From assembly GCA_043802485.1 (NCBI GenBank), contig JAZDKZ010000006.1:135497-199496 (forward strand): a stretch of 64,000 bases of DNA, read 5' to 3'. Under the pieces are notes generated by a model, which searched no databases, was not told where the DNA came from, and saw nothing but the letters and a program-made list of their open reading frames with translations. Origin of the DNA: Candidatus Aenigmatarchaeota archaeon. GTDB lineage: Archaea; Aenigmatarchaeota; Aenigmatarchaeia; Aenigmatarchaeales; Aenigmatarchaeaceae. Numbering within the stretch: the stretch's first letter is position 1; each line of letters starts with the position of its first letter. Shown piece by piece: positions 24,324 to 32,677 of this stretch. The position numbers were made by a program, and so were the translations under genes.

Positions 24324-26582
24324 ATGAACAGAAACGTTTTGATTGCAACGATTGTTTTGACAATCTTGTCTCTATTGCCAATAATCGGTTATGCATGCGA
24401 TGCGGAATTGTCCCAGGTGAGCGTCAACAGCTGCACGGGTTCAGGAGAGCTCTTGTTGTATGTTGGAGAGCAGACACAGGATCCAGAAACATCTTTCACT
24501 GTTCAGAGAGACCAGGTATTGATATTTACAAAGCTTAATTATGTGTCTTGGATAGAGGTCAAGATAGACAATGTTGCTGTGACACCACAGGTCGTTCTTG
24601 AAAAGTCAACCTCATTTGGTGTAAATGTTTATGCTGTAAGCACAACGCCGGGTTCGGTTGTTTCTATTAAAGCAGAGACAACTTACGGAGCAAGGGCAAT
24701 ACAGGGTTACCTTGCGCAGGATTCGGCAAATCCTTATATGGATGTTAACACCATCGAGATAGTTTATGACGAAGTCCAGGACAGCACAATGCAGCTTTTG
24801 CCAGGCGTTTATAATTATATAGTTTTCGACAAGTATACCAAACATAATGGTGGTTCTGTTGACAACAGGTATGTCAGCGTTTACATAGAGGGTCCTGAGG
24901 GGGTTGTTTATGACCTGACATACAGACAACCTTTCCCGACAGGAACTGAGGGAGTTGTAGTTGATAGTTTTACAGTGGAAGGCGGCTCTTATCTGTTCTC
25001 AGTGGACACTGATGACAGCACATATCTGCCTCTTTTCAACTGCCCTGAGTACGAGTGCTACAAGGACTCTGCTTGCGAGGCTTACTGTGATGGTTCTGTA
25101 AGGTACTATGACGGCGTATGCTCTGAAGGCACATGCTCCTACCAGAGCCAGGACTGTGGCGAATTGACAGCAGGGATCATCTGCTCTGGCGCAGGAACTG
25201 ACACCTTGGAAGGGGTAACAGCTGAATACGATTGCAGCTGCGGCGAGTGCCTGATCGGCGAGCCAATAATCACCAGCTGGACTTGTGATGTTGAGATGGA
25301 GTACGAGTCACAGGAATGCGGCGGTGATTATTATTATTGCTATTATGATGACGGCTATGTGTGGGGCGAGTCTTGGCCCGAATTTGAGACCGACTGCTAT
25401 GACGGACATGACAATGATAATGACGATCTCATAGATGGGGACGACGATGATTGTTATGAATGCTTTGCTAATGAAGATTGTGACGATTCTAACGCATGCA
25501 CAATAGACGAATGTGTTCTTGGGGCATGCACTTATACATGCGTGGAAGATGGGACAGAATGTGACGACGGAAATTCAAATACGGTGAACGATGCATGCTA
25601 TTCGGGTTCTTGTGTAGGCGAAACAGACAACGATGGTGACGGTTATGGTGATGATGACTGTGATGACTCTAATCCTGCTATAAACCCTGGCGCAGAGGAA
25701 GTGTGCTGCGACGAGATTGATAATGATTGTGACGGCGAGGTCGACGAGGGATGTGAGTGCTCAACTGACGAGGACTGTGATGATTTTAATGTTTGTACAA
25801 TCGACAAGTGTGTAGAGGGCTTTTGTACTTACACCAATGCGGAGAACGGCACCGTCTGCAACGACAGCAACTCTAGCACTGTAAACGACGTGTGCATGCT
25901 TGGTGTGTGCGGCGGTGAAGACGACGATGATGGCGATGGTTATGGTGATGATGACTGTGATGATTCCAACCCAGACGTCCATCCAGGCGCTATAGAATTG
26001 TGCGCAAACGGTGTGGATGACGATTGTGATGGCCAGACTGATTGTAAAGACTCAGACTGCTCAAGTTATTCTACATGCCTGCCGAGAGCTCCTTCTGGAG
26101 GCGGTGGTGGAGGCTTTTTCACAGCAGCAATAGTAACAAGCACAGAGTGCGGTAACGATAAGTGCGAATACAAGGAGAACTGCATTAACTGCCCTGAGGA
26201 CTGTAAGAAAGCAGACGAGGTCTGCTGTGCCAACGTGACATACAGCGGAGAATGCTGCACAGACTATGACTGCGGGGCTGGCTTTGAGTGCACAGTCGGC
26301 AAGCAATGCCAGCTTTTGGAAGGCGGCGCTGTAGAGACACCTTGCCTCGAGGACTGGACATGCTCTAATTGGTCTGTTTGTCTGGGTGGTAAGCAGAAAA
26401 GAACATGCGTCGACCAGAACGACTGCGACACTGTCTTCAACAAGACTGCAGAAATGCAAGAGTGTGTAGAGATATTGCCGATAACAGGTCTTTTCGCTTT
26501 CATGACTTCACCTTTGTTCGGGGTAATAGTTTCAGCATTTGTAGTGTTCCTGATACTGTTTCTCTGGAGAAGGAAGAAGTAG
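24324..26582 (+). CDS. Cysteine-rich secreted surface protein with MopE-like metal-binding repeats and a C-terminal LPXTG-type sorting signal
   Basis: 752 aa. The N-terminus has a Sec-type signal peptide. Two 99-aa repeats contain DCDDSNPxxxPGAxExCxxxDxDCDG. The protein is very rich in Cys and Asp. The C-terminus reads LPITG, then a 26-residue hydrophobic stretch, then RRKK. Confidence 0.8.
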   Translation: MNRNVLIATIVLTILSLLPIIGYACDAELSQVSVNSCTGSGELLLYVGEQTQDPETSFTVQRDQVLIFTKLNYVSWIEVKIDNVAVTPQVVLEKSTSFGVNVYAVSTTPGSVVSIKAETTYGARAIQGYLAQDSANPYMDVNTIEIVYDEVQDSTMQLLPGVYNYIVFDKYTKHNGGSVDNRYVSVYIEGPEGVVYDLTYRQPFPTGTEGVVVDSFTVEGGSYLFSVDTDDSTYLPLFNCPEYECYKDSACEAYCDGSVRYYDGVCSEGTCSYQSQDCGELTAGIICSGAGTDTLEGVTAEYDCSCGECLIGEPIITSWTCDVEMEYESQECGGDYYYCYYDDGYVWGESWPEFETDCYDGHDNDNDDLIDGDDDDCYECFANEDCDDSNACTIDECVLGACTYTCVEDGTECDDGNSNTVNDACYSGSCVGETDNDGDGYGDDDCDDSNPAINPGAEEVCCDEIDNDCDGEVDEGCECSTDEDCDDFNVCTIDKCVEGFCTYTNAENGTVCNDSNSSTVNDVCMLGVCGGEDDDDGDGYGDDDCDDSNPDVHPGAIELCANGVDDDCDGQTDCKDSDCSSYSTCLPRAPSGGGGGGFFTAAIVTSTECGNDKCEYKENCINCPEDCKKADEVCCANVTYSGECCTDYDCGAGFECTVGKQCQLLEGGAVETPCLEDWTCSNWSVCLGGKQKRTCVDQNDCDTVFNKTAEMQECVEILPITGLFAFMTSPLFGVIVSAFVVFLILFLWRRKK
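25473..26066 (+). repeat. Intragenic tandem duplication, 2 x 297 nt
   Basis: Unit 1 starts at GAAGATTGTGACGAT (25473) and unit 2 at GAGGACTGTGATGAT (25770). For example, GGTTATGGTGATGATGACTGTGATGA is identical at 25641 and 25938. Confidence 0.8.
26475..26489 (+). other. LPITG (LPXTG-type) motif codons
   Basis: ttg ccg ata aca ggt, in frame, 31 codons before the stop. Confidence 0.7.
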
Positions 26583-26613
26583 GACTTAAATTCTTTTATT
26601 CTTAATTTACTTT

Positions 26614-27225
26614 ATGAATGTTGCTGAGAAAGGAAAGTTTATAGTATTCTACGGCGTCAACTCTACTGGCAAATCAACGCAGAAGGATATGCTTGTCAAC
26701 GCCTTCTTGAAAAAAGGACTGAAAGCAGAAGGCATAAAATATCCTATATATGATTCAGAAAGTGGGAGAAAGATAAACTCTATTCTAAGAGGCGGTAAAA
26801 AACAGGAAATATCAGAATTCGACCTTCAGTCGCTTTACACAGACAATAGAGATGAGTATGAGCCTGTATTGAAAAGTAAGCTGGAGAACGGGGTAAATGT
26901 AGTGTCAGAAGACTACAGATGGACTAGTCTTGCTTGGGCAAAAGCCAAGGGAATAGATAATGATGCGTACGTTTTACTGGAGCTTATGAATTCCTATCTG
27001 CTTTCAGAAGACATAGCTTTTTTCTTTGACGGCAAGCCTTTCAAGGAGGCTTTGGAAAAGAACCATATTCACGAGTCTGACTTGAAGCTTATGAAAAGAA
27101 GCAGGGAGACGCATCGAGAGCTGGCGAAAAAATATAGTTGGATAAGGATAGACTCCAACCAACCAGTGGAAGTGGTGCACAAATCTATTACCAAAGAACT
27201 TAGAAATAAACTGGGAATTCTTTGA
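26614..27225 (+). CDS. tmk: Thymidylate kinase-like P-loop kinase
   Basis: 203 aa. KFIVFYGVNSTGKSTQ P-loop and a dTMP-kinase-like layout. Confidence 0.6.
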   Translation: MNVAEKGKFIVFYGVNSTGKSTQKDMLVNAFLKKGLKAEGIKYPIYDSESGRKINSILRGGKKQEISEFDLQSLYTDNRDEYEPVLKSKLENGVNVVSEDYRWTSLAWAKAKGIDNDAYVLLELMNSYLLSEDIAFFFDGKPFKEALEKNHIHESDLKLMKRSRETHRELAKKYSWIRIDSNQPVEVVHKSITKELRNKLGIL

Positions 27226-27226
27226 G

Positions 27227-27889
27227 CTATATTATTTTCTTTATTTCAATTAAATTGTTTATTACATAATCCGGCTTTGTATTAACAATTTTTTTGGAGA
27301 AATGTTCGGTGTGATAATAGGCCATTTCCTTATTGTAGTCACAAAGAACAGTCTTGAAGCCTAGTTTTTTCGCAGGCGTTATGTCTTGTGAGAGCTCGTC
27401 TCCAACAGAGAATGACATGCTGGGTTCTATGTCCAGTTTCTCGATTACGTACTTCAGGTGCTTGCCTTTGGACTTTAGTGCCTTTACAGTATCGCTTCCC
27501 ACTATAAGGTCGAACTGGTTTACCAACCTACCCATCCTGAACTTTATCACTTCCTCGACAGCATTGGTGGTGAGGCAGTTGTAATAGCCCTTTCTTCTGG
27601 AGTATTTTAGGACCTTTTCCACATTAGGCAGAACCTCCAGTAAATCAATGTTAGCTATGTGGGCCATTTTCCAGTCAACACCCATCTCTTTGGCATGGTT
27701 TATGTAGTCGTGCCATTTCCAAGTGTTTTCTGTCTTTTTCAGGATATCCTTGAAAGCTTTGCTTGCTTCTACCAGTGTTATTTTGTTCTTTCTCGCATAC
27801 TCCTTTTCCATGCTTTCGCAGACGTTCCTGTCGAAATCTGCCTCATCAGCCAGGGTCGCTGACCAGTCCCAAAAAACAGCTTTTGCCAT
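27227..27889 (-). CDS. HAD-superfamily hydrolase
   Basis: 220 aa. Motif I variant FWDWSATL and motif IV SVGDELSQD. Confidence 0.6.
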   Translation of the reverse strand: MAKAVFWDWSATLADEADFDRNVCESMEKEYARKNKITLVEASKAFKDILKKTENTWKWHDYINHAKEMGVDWKMAHIANIDLLEVLPNVEKVLKYSRRKGYYNCLTTNAVEEVIKFRMGRLVNQFDLIVGSDTVKALKSKGKHLKYVIEKLDIEPSMSFSVGDELSQDITPAKKLGFKTVLCDYNKEMAYYHTEHFSKKIVNTKPDYVINNLIEIKKII

Positions 27890-27973
27890 ATTATCATTCC
27901 GAAATATACTTTCCTTGTTAGATTCTGTGTGAGATAAAAGGATTTAAAGTTTTTCGTGCAATTAGTAGGTAAC

Positions 27974-28744
27974 ATGAAACACGTTAACATAAAATCTTTT
28001 GACATTCCTGATGCATGGTACAAGAATTTGAGTGAGATATGGTATAATGGAGATATTTTTAAAGTCGGTTACGGTTCTGAAGAAACAGAAACTAAAAAAT
28101 TAAATGTTACCATAGAAATTACAAATCCTGAAAACCCACCTTTAGTTCATGAAAAGGCTCCTTGTGATATGAAATACGTTAACGAATATGCATTAACCTA
28201 TTTGTATACGGATTTTATTGAGGACGAAACTTACACTTATGGCAGCAGATTAAGAATGCCTTTTGATCAAGTAGAAACTGCAATGAATAGATTTGTTGAA
28301 TCACTGTTCGATAGACAAGTAACATTACTCATAAGAAGACCAGAAGATATTAAAAAACAAATAAAAACAGATAGAAAAAAACAATTAGAAACTGATAAAA
28401 AACATGCTCCGCCTTGTTGGACAATTTCAGATTTAGAAATTATGAAAGAAAATGGCGAACTTAAATTGAATTCTACAGGATATTTTAGATCATGGGATGC
28501 ATATGCCGGTCTCCCTGCTAATATTGCAGGCATACAAATTTTCAACGAATCCTTTGTCAAAGAACTGAATATGAAAGGAAGAGAATATGATAAAAAATGG
28601 GAGGATGTTTCAACTGGTAAAATGGTTTTCCATTCTAAAAATTGCCACATATATGAAAGACAATACAAACTTGTAGAGGAATTACTAAGTCATAAGACAC
28701 AAAGTCATAGTGAAAGACTTGCAAACGTAAATAATAAAGAATGA
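27974..28744 (+). CDS. thyA: Thymidylate synthase, archaeal (methanogen-type ThyA-like)
   Basis: ATG 27974 is preferred over the track GTG at 27956. IPDAWYKNLSEIWYNG..., YGSRLR, PPCW (catalytic Cys context), FRSWDAY and CHIYE match ThyA-family motifs. Confidence 0.65.
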   Translation: MKHVNIKSFDIPDAWYKNLSEIWYNGDIFKVGYGSEETETKKLNVTIEITNPENPPLVHEKAPCDMKYVNEYALTYLYTDFIEDETYTYGSRLRMPFDQVETAMNRFVESLFDRQVTLLIRRPEDIKKQIKTDRKKQLETDKKHAPPCWTISDLEIMKENGELKLNSTGYFRSWDAYAGLPANIAGIQIFNESFVKELNMKGREYDKKWEDVSTGKMVFHSKNCHIYERQYKLVEELLSHKTQSHSERLANVNNKE

Positions 28745-28749
28745 AAAAT

Positions 28750-29271
28750 TTACTTTTTTCTTAATCTTAAGATCAAACTTACTGCTATCAAAATTATACC
28801 AATAGACACAAGTCCTATCATCAGCCAGTCTGTTGGTGCTGTTGGAACGGTTTCCATAATAATTTCTTTCGCCGCGTCTGCTGCAGTTTCCTCAACAGCT
28901 TGAGCCATAGGCGTACCCAAAACTCTTGTTTTGTTAGTCATACCCTGATTGAAGATGTATTTCAAAGCTCCGGAGAACACGAAAAAGATTCCCAACGACA
29001 GCATGAGCACGAACTGAACAGGATATTTCGGCTTGACCAAGCTCTCGCCTTTGTTAGTGAGATTATAGTAAACCCACTTGTGTCCGGTCTTCTCCCTTCT
29101 TACCAGATTGGCCTTTTCCAGCTTGTTCAGATGTTCCAGGATGGTGGAAGGAGCCAGGCTCATCTCTTTGGAAAGTTCGGAGGGCATCTTTCTCCTTTTG
29201 CCAAGGCTCTTTAATATGTCAAGGCGCGTGTCTGCTGCCAGAGCCTTTAGCGTCTTCCTGTCTATCTCCAT
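28750..29271 (-). CDS. ArsR-family winged-helix regulator with C-terminal TM segments
   Basis: 173 aa. LKALAADTRLDILKSL...PSTILEHLNKLEKANLV forms the HTH, followed by two hydrophobic helices. Confidence 0.7.
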   Translation of the reverse strand: MEIDRKTLKALAADTRLDILKSLGKRRKMPSELSKEMSLAPSTILEHLNKLEKANLVRREKTGHKWVYYNLTNKGESLVKPKYPVQFVLMLSLGIFFVFSGALKYIFNQGMTNKTRVLGTPMAQAVEETAADAAKEIIMETVPTAPTDWLMIGLVSIGIILIAVSLILRLRKK

Positions 29272-29291
29272 AGAATAAGTTTAAAATCTAA

Positions 29292-29306
29292 GATTTTATA
29301 AGCTTT
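29292..29306 (-). promoter_or_regulatory. BRE/TATA-like box for the ArsR-like gene
   Basis: The coding strand reads AAAGCTTATAAAATC about 25-30 nt upstream of ATG 29271. Confidence 0.4.
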
Positions 29307-29874
29307 CTTTTTGTTCGGTCACTGCCGAATCAACCTTTTCTAAAATTTCTTCGTCCTTCTCTATTGTGTTAACGGTCTTCTCCACTCCTTCAAAGAACTT
29401 TTTAACGTCCTCTGGATCCTCCAGACCAAAGTAATTGGCAAATTCCTTTGTCGGAACCAGGGCCTTTGTCCTGCTCTTTTTTATTGTGTTTATCAAACCC
29501 TTTTCTTTCAGAACCTTCACATACTCGTAGGTCCTGTTGCCTATCACCTTCACTATTTCCGACTGGGTTATGGGCTGCTTGTACGCAACCAAGGCCAGCA
29601 CCCTCAGCAAGCCCCTTCCCAGGTCCTTGTACGGGGTAAGGCTTCTCACAGAATGCGCATACTCTGGCTTTACCCTTATCTGGAAGCCTTGGATTGTTTC
29701 AAGAATGTAGACGCCATGCGACGACAAGCCCATCTCTTTTTTTAATTCCTCGATAATATCCTTGACTTTCTCCTCGTCGCTCTTGAACATCTTCGAAAGG
29801 TCCTTTAGGGAAATCGGCTCATTGGACATGTACAGGGCTGCTTCGATTGATGACCTTAGCTTTTCTTCTCTCAT
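29296..29874 (-). CDS. scpB: Segregation and condensation protein B
   Basis: 192 aa. IEAALYMSNEPISLKDL and a second winged-helix region (VLALVAYKQPITQSEI). Confidence 0.85.
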   Translation of the reverse strand: MREEKLRSSIEAALYMSNEPISLKDLSKMFKSDEEKVKDIIEELKKEMGLSSHGVYILETIQGFQIRVKPEYAHSVRSLTPYKDLGRGLLRVLALVAYKQPITQSEIVKVIGNRTYEYVKVLKEKGLINTIKKSRTKALVPTKEFANYFGLEDPEDVKKFFEGVEKTVNTIEKDEEILEKVDSAVTEQKESL

Positions 29875-29919
29875 TAAATCCCTAATTAATATTACCAGAC
29901 AATTAAAATATGCTTTGCG

Positions 29920-30609
29920 TCACTCGGCCTTCTTCAGCTTCACGGTTATCTCTTTGAACATTTCGTTCTGCATCAAATCTATCTTGCCGTCCTGAGCCAA
30001 GTGCAGTAGCGGTATCAGCGTTTCAACTATCTCCTTTCTTGCCCATTTTTTCACAACCCTGGAGAACTCTATGTCGTCCACTTCTGTAAGAGCATGGTTT
30101 ATGTCTGCCAGCAACCTGTTTATCCTTTCTGTTATGTCCTCCTCTGCTTGCGGCATGGCAAAGTTCACAGCCCTTTTCACCCTTCTCTTTCTATCAACTC
30201 TTCTTTCCTGTACGTCGTATGCCTTCTTCAGGGCGGATATCAGCTCGTCCAAGGAAACATTCCTTAAAGGCAGTCTCTTGATGGGCGGTTCCAATGGAGG
30301 CACCTGAGCGAGAACGCGGAGCATGTCGTCCGGTTCCTTTTCAGATTCAGGTATCAGGACCCTATCCTTTTTCTTTGTCAGCACGTCTGACTTCATCCTC
30401 AGCAATATCGAGGCTATCAGAATGAACCTTGCCGGAATCCTAAGGTCCATGCTTTCTATCCTCTTGAGATAATCGAGAAAAACGTTGGAAAGCCTTATTA
30501 TGTCAACAGACCACGGGTCCATCCCCTCCTCAGCAATTATTTTTACTATTACGTCCTCCCAGCTGGGCTCGGAAACCATCAAATCGATGAGCTGTTGGTC
30601 AGTTAGCAT
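29920..30609 (-). CDS. scpA: Segregation and condensation protein A (kleisin)
   Basis: 229 aa. DPWSVDIIRLSNVFLDYL...ARFILIASILLRMKS is the ScpA signature. Confidence 0.85.
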   Translation of the reverse strand: MLTDQQLIDLMVSEPSWEDVIVKIIAEEGMDPWSVDIIRLSNVFLDYLKRIESMDLRIPARFILIASILLRMKSDVLTKKKDRVLIPESEKEPDDMLRVLAQVPPLEPPIKRLPLRNVSLDELISALKKAYDVQERRVDRKRRVKRAVNFAMPQAEEDITERINRLLADINHALTEVDDIEFSRVVKKWARKEIVETLIPLLHLAQDGKIDLMQNEMFKEITVKLKKAE

Positions 30610-30621
30610 CTAAATCCAATA

Positions 30622-30634
30622 AAAGCTTTATATT
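30622..30634 (+). promoter_or_regulatory. BRE/TATA-like promoter box
   Basis: AAAGCTTTATATT about 30 nt upstream of ATG 30663. Confidence 0.4.
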
Positions 30635-30662
30635 GTCCTCATATAAATTTATGTAGAGCATT

Positions 30663-31979
30663 ATGAGGAAAAACGTTATTATAATGGGAGCAGCTGGCAG
30701 GGACTATCACAACTTCAACATGTTCTTCCGCGACAACAAGAACTACAAGGTCGTTGCCTTCACGCATGCCCAGATACCCTACATTGTCAACAGGTTCTAT
30801 CCGAAGGTCCTGGCTGGCAAGCTTTACCCCAAAGGCATACCAATATTTCCCGAAAGCAAGCTGCAGAGCCTTATTGAAAAGTACAATGTTGACGAGGTCG
30901 TTTTTGCTTATTCTGACGTATCGCATCTGGAAGTGATGGAAAAGGCTTCACTTGTCCTAGCTAGCGGAGCTGATTTCAAGATAATGGGTCCCAAGTCCAC
31001 AATGCTGAAATCAAAGAGGTTCGTGATATCTGTCTGCGCCTCTAGAACAGGAGCAGGCAAGGGTCCGGCTACGAGAAGGATATGCCATATCCTGAGATCA
31101 AAAGGCATAAACTATGTGATCATAAGGCATCCCATGCCTTACAAGGATTTGAGCAAGATGATTGTTCAGAGGTTCGCCTCTGTCGACGATTTGAAGATTC
31201 ATGATCTGACAATAGAGGAGAGGGAAGAGTACGAGCTGCATGTTGAGGACGGGGACGTTGTCTATGCTGGCGTTGATTATGAAAAGATTTTAAGGCAGGC
31301 TGAGAAGGAGGCCAAGGTCATCATCTGGGAGGGCGGCAACAACGATTTGCCGTTCATCAAGCCTGACTTCCATATCGTGGTCGTGGATGCCAGAAGGCCT
31401 GGTCACGAGGTTTACTATTATCCTTCTGAAGCTAACTTGAGGATGGCTGATGTTGTCATAGTCAACAAGGTGGCGACTGCCAATCCAGTGGACATAGAAA
31501 AGGTGGTCAGGAACGTGGAAGCCATAAACAGCAAGGCCAAGATAATCAAAGCAGCGATGCCTATTTCTGTTGACAGGCCTGAGCTGGTCGAGAGAAGGAG
31601 GGTCCTGCTGATAGAGGACGGGCCCACGCTTACGCACGGCGGTCTTGACTTTGGTGCTGCGACCATAGCTGCAAAGAGCCTTGGCGCCTATGTCATCAAC
31701 CCGAGGATGCAGGCTGTCGGCTCGATCAAGGACGCTTTCATAAAGTACCCTCACCTAGGAGCCGTGCTTCCTGCCATGGGATACTCCAGGAAGCAGCTGA
31801 GCGAGCTGGAACAGACCATCAACAATATAGACTGCGACACCGTGCTGATAGGGACGCCTGTTGATTTGAGGAACATTCTCAACATAAACAAGCCTTCTGT
31901 GCGTGTCCGCTACGAGATGAAAGAGATTACAAAACCTGACTTGGAAGATGTTTTGAAGAACGCTCTGAGAAAGGTTTAG
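30663..31979 (+). CDS. COG2403-family predicted P-loop GTPase-like protein
   Basis: 438 aa. IIMGAAGRDYHNFNMFFRDN..VVAFTHAQIP and CASRTGAGKG resemble the conserved N-terminus and P-loop of this family. The function is unknown. Confidence 0.6.
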   Translation: MRKNVIIMGAAGRDYHNFNMFFRDNKNYKVVAFTHAQIPYIVNRFYPKVLAGKLYPKGIPIFPESKLQSLIEKYNVDEVVFAYSDVSHLEVMEKASLVLASGADFKIMGPKSTMLKSKRFVISVCASRTGAGKGPATRRICHILRSKGINYVIIRHPMPYKDLSKMIVQRFASVDDLKIHDLTIEEREEYELHVEDGDVVYAGVDYEKILRQAEKEAKVIIWEGGNNDLPFIKPDFHIVVVDARRPGHEVYYYPSEANLRMADVVIVNKVATANPVDIEKVVRNVEAINSKAKIIKAAMPISVDRPELVERRRVLLIEDGPTLTHGGLDFGAATIAAKSLGAYVINPRMQAVGSIKDAFIKYPHLGAVLPAMGYSRKQLSELEQTINNIDCDTVLIGTPVDLRNILNINKPSVRVRYEMKEITKPDLEDVLKNALRKV

Positions 31980-32066
31980 TTCTACAAAGTTGAAAGCCTC
32001 GAGAGGGATACACTAAAAAGTTAGAAGCCCTTAATTTTATAATCTGATTTTACCTATAATTTTAGT

Positions 32067-32498
32067 ATGGCAAGACAATATGGTTTTGGAATCAAGCCTA
32101 TCAAAATTCAACCTATAGGACTTGGCTTTGAAAGAAAAGATAAAAAAAGAATTCCAAAAAAGATACTACGAAGAATGGTCTGGGAAAGGGATAAAGGTAG
32201 ATGTAAGCTATGTGGAGTTAAAATTCGTGCTGGTGAAGATTGGGATTTAGCAAGAATAAAAGCAGGTTCTAAAGGAGGAGAATATACTTATGCTAATTGT
32301 TTTGTAGCTCATCATACTTGTAATACATCTCAAGGAAATCTGTCTCTAAAGCAAGCTAAACGCTCAATAGGAGTATCTAAAGGAAATAAGAAAAAATCAA
32401 CTAAAAAGAAGAAAAGGTCAAAAAGTAAAAGCAATAATCTTTTGGGTTTCAAGCCAATAAAAATGAAGAAATTGAAACCCTTTAAACTTGGTTTATAG
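32067..32498 (+). CDS. HNH-like endonuclease domain protein with a Lys-rich tail
   Basis: 143 aa. CKLCG...DLARIKAGSKGG...NCFVAHHTCNTSQGN fits an HNH/zinc-finger scaffold. The usual D-H-I position reads L-A-R-I. AT-rich gene. Confidence 0.5.
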   Translation: MARQYGFGIKPIKIQPIGLGFERKDKKRIPKKILRRMVWERDKGRCKLCGVKIRAGEDWDLARIKAGSKGGEYTYANCFVAHHTCNTSQGNLSLKQAKRSIGVSKGNKKKSTKKKKRSKSKSNNLLGFKPIKMKKLKPFKLGL

Positions 32499-32603
32499 AG
32501 GTGAAAATGTGGGTATAAATGTCTGGAAAGAAATGAAAAAGAAGCCGAAGAAAGGCAGTATAATGCATGAAATAGAAAAAGTTGGAAAAAAGAAGAAGAA
32601 ATA

Positions 32604-32618
32604 ACCACTTTTAGTGGT
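32604..32618 (+). terminator. Hairpin ACCACT-TTT-AGTGGT downstream of the HNH-like gene
   Basis: Perfect 6-bp stem in a convergent intergenic region. Confidence 0.3.
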
Positions 32619-32627
32619 CAAAAGACC

Positions 32628-32659
32628 TTATGCTTAAAAATAGGCTATTCTAAGCATAA
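32628..32659. terminator. Hairpin TTATGCTTA-N14-TAAGCATAA between convergent genes
   Basis: Perfect 9-bp inverted repeat just downstream of the smc stop (32678). Confidence 0.3.
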
Positions 32660-32677
32660 TAGTTCTTCATCCATAAT

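Noticed and set aside
24324-26582. Repetitive region considered as a CRISPR array or satellite.
   Set aside because: The periodicity is 297 nt, in frame and protein-coding (two 99-aa modules). There are no short direct repeats with unique spacers anywhere in the window.
32533-32604. 23-codon Lys-rich micro-ORF (MKKKPKKGSIMHEIEKVGKKKKK) after the HNH-like gene.
   Set aside because: It lies in an A-rich spacer where such frames arise by chance. It has no Shine-Dalgarno sequence or conservation evidence.
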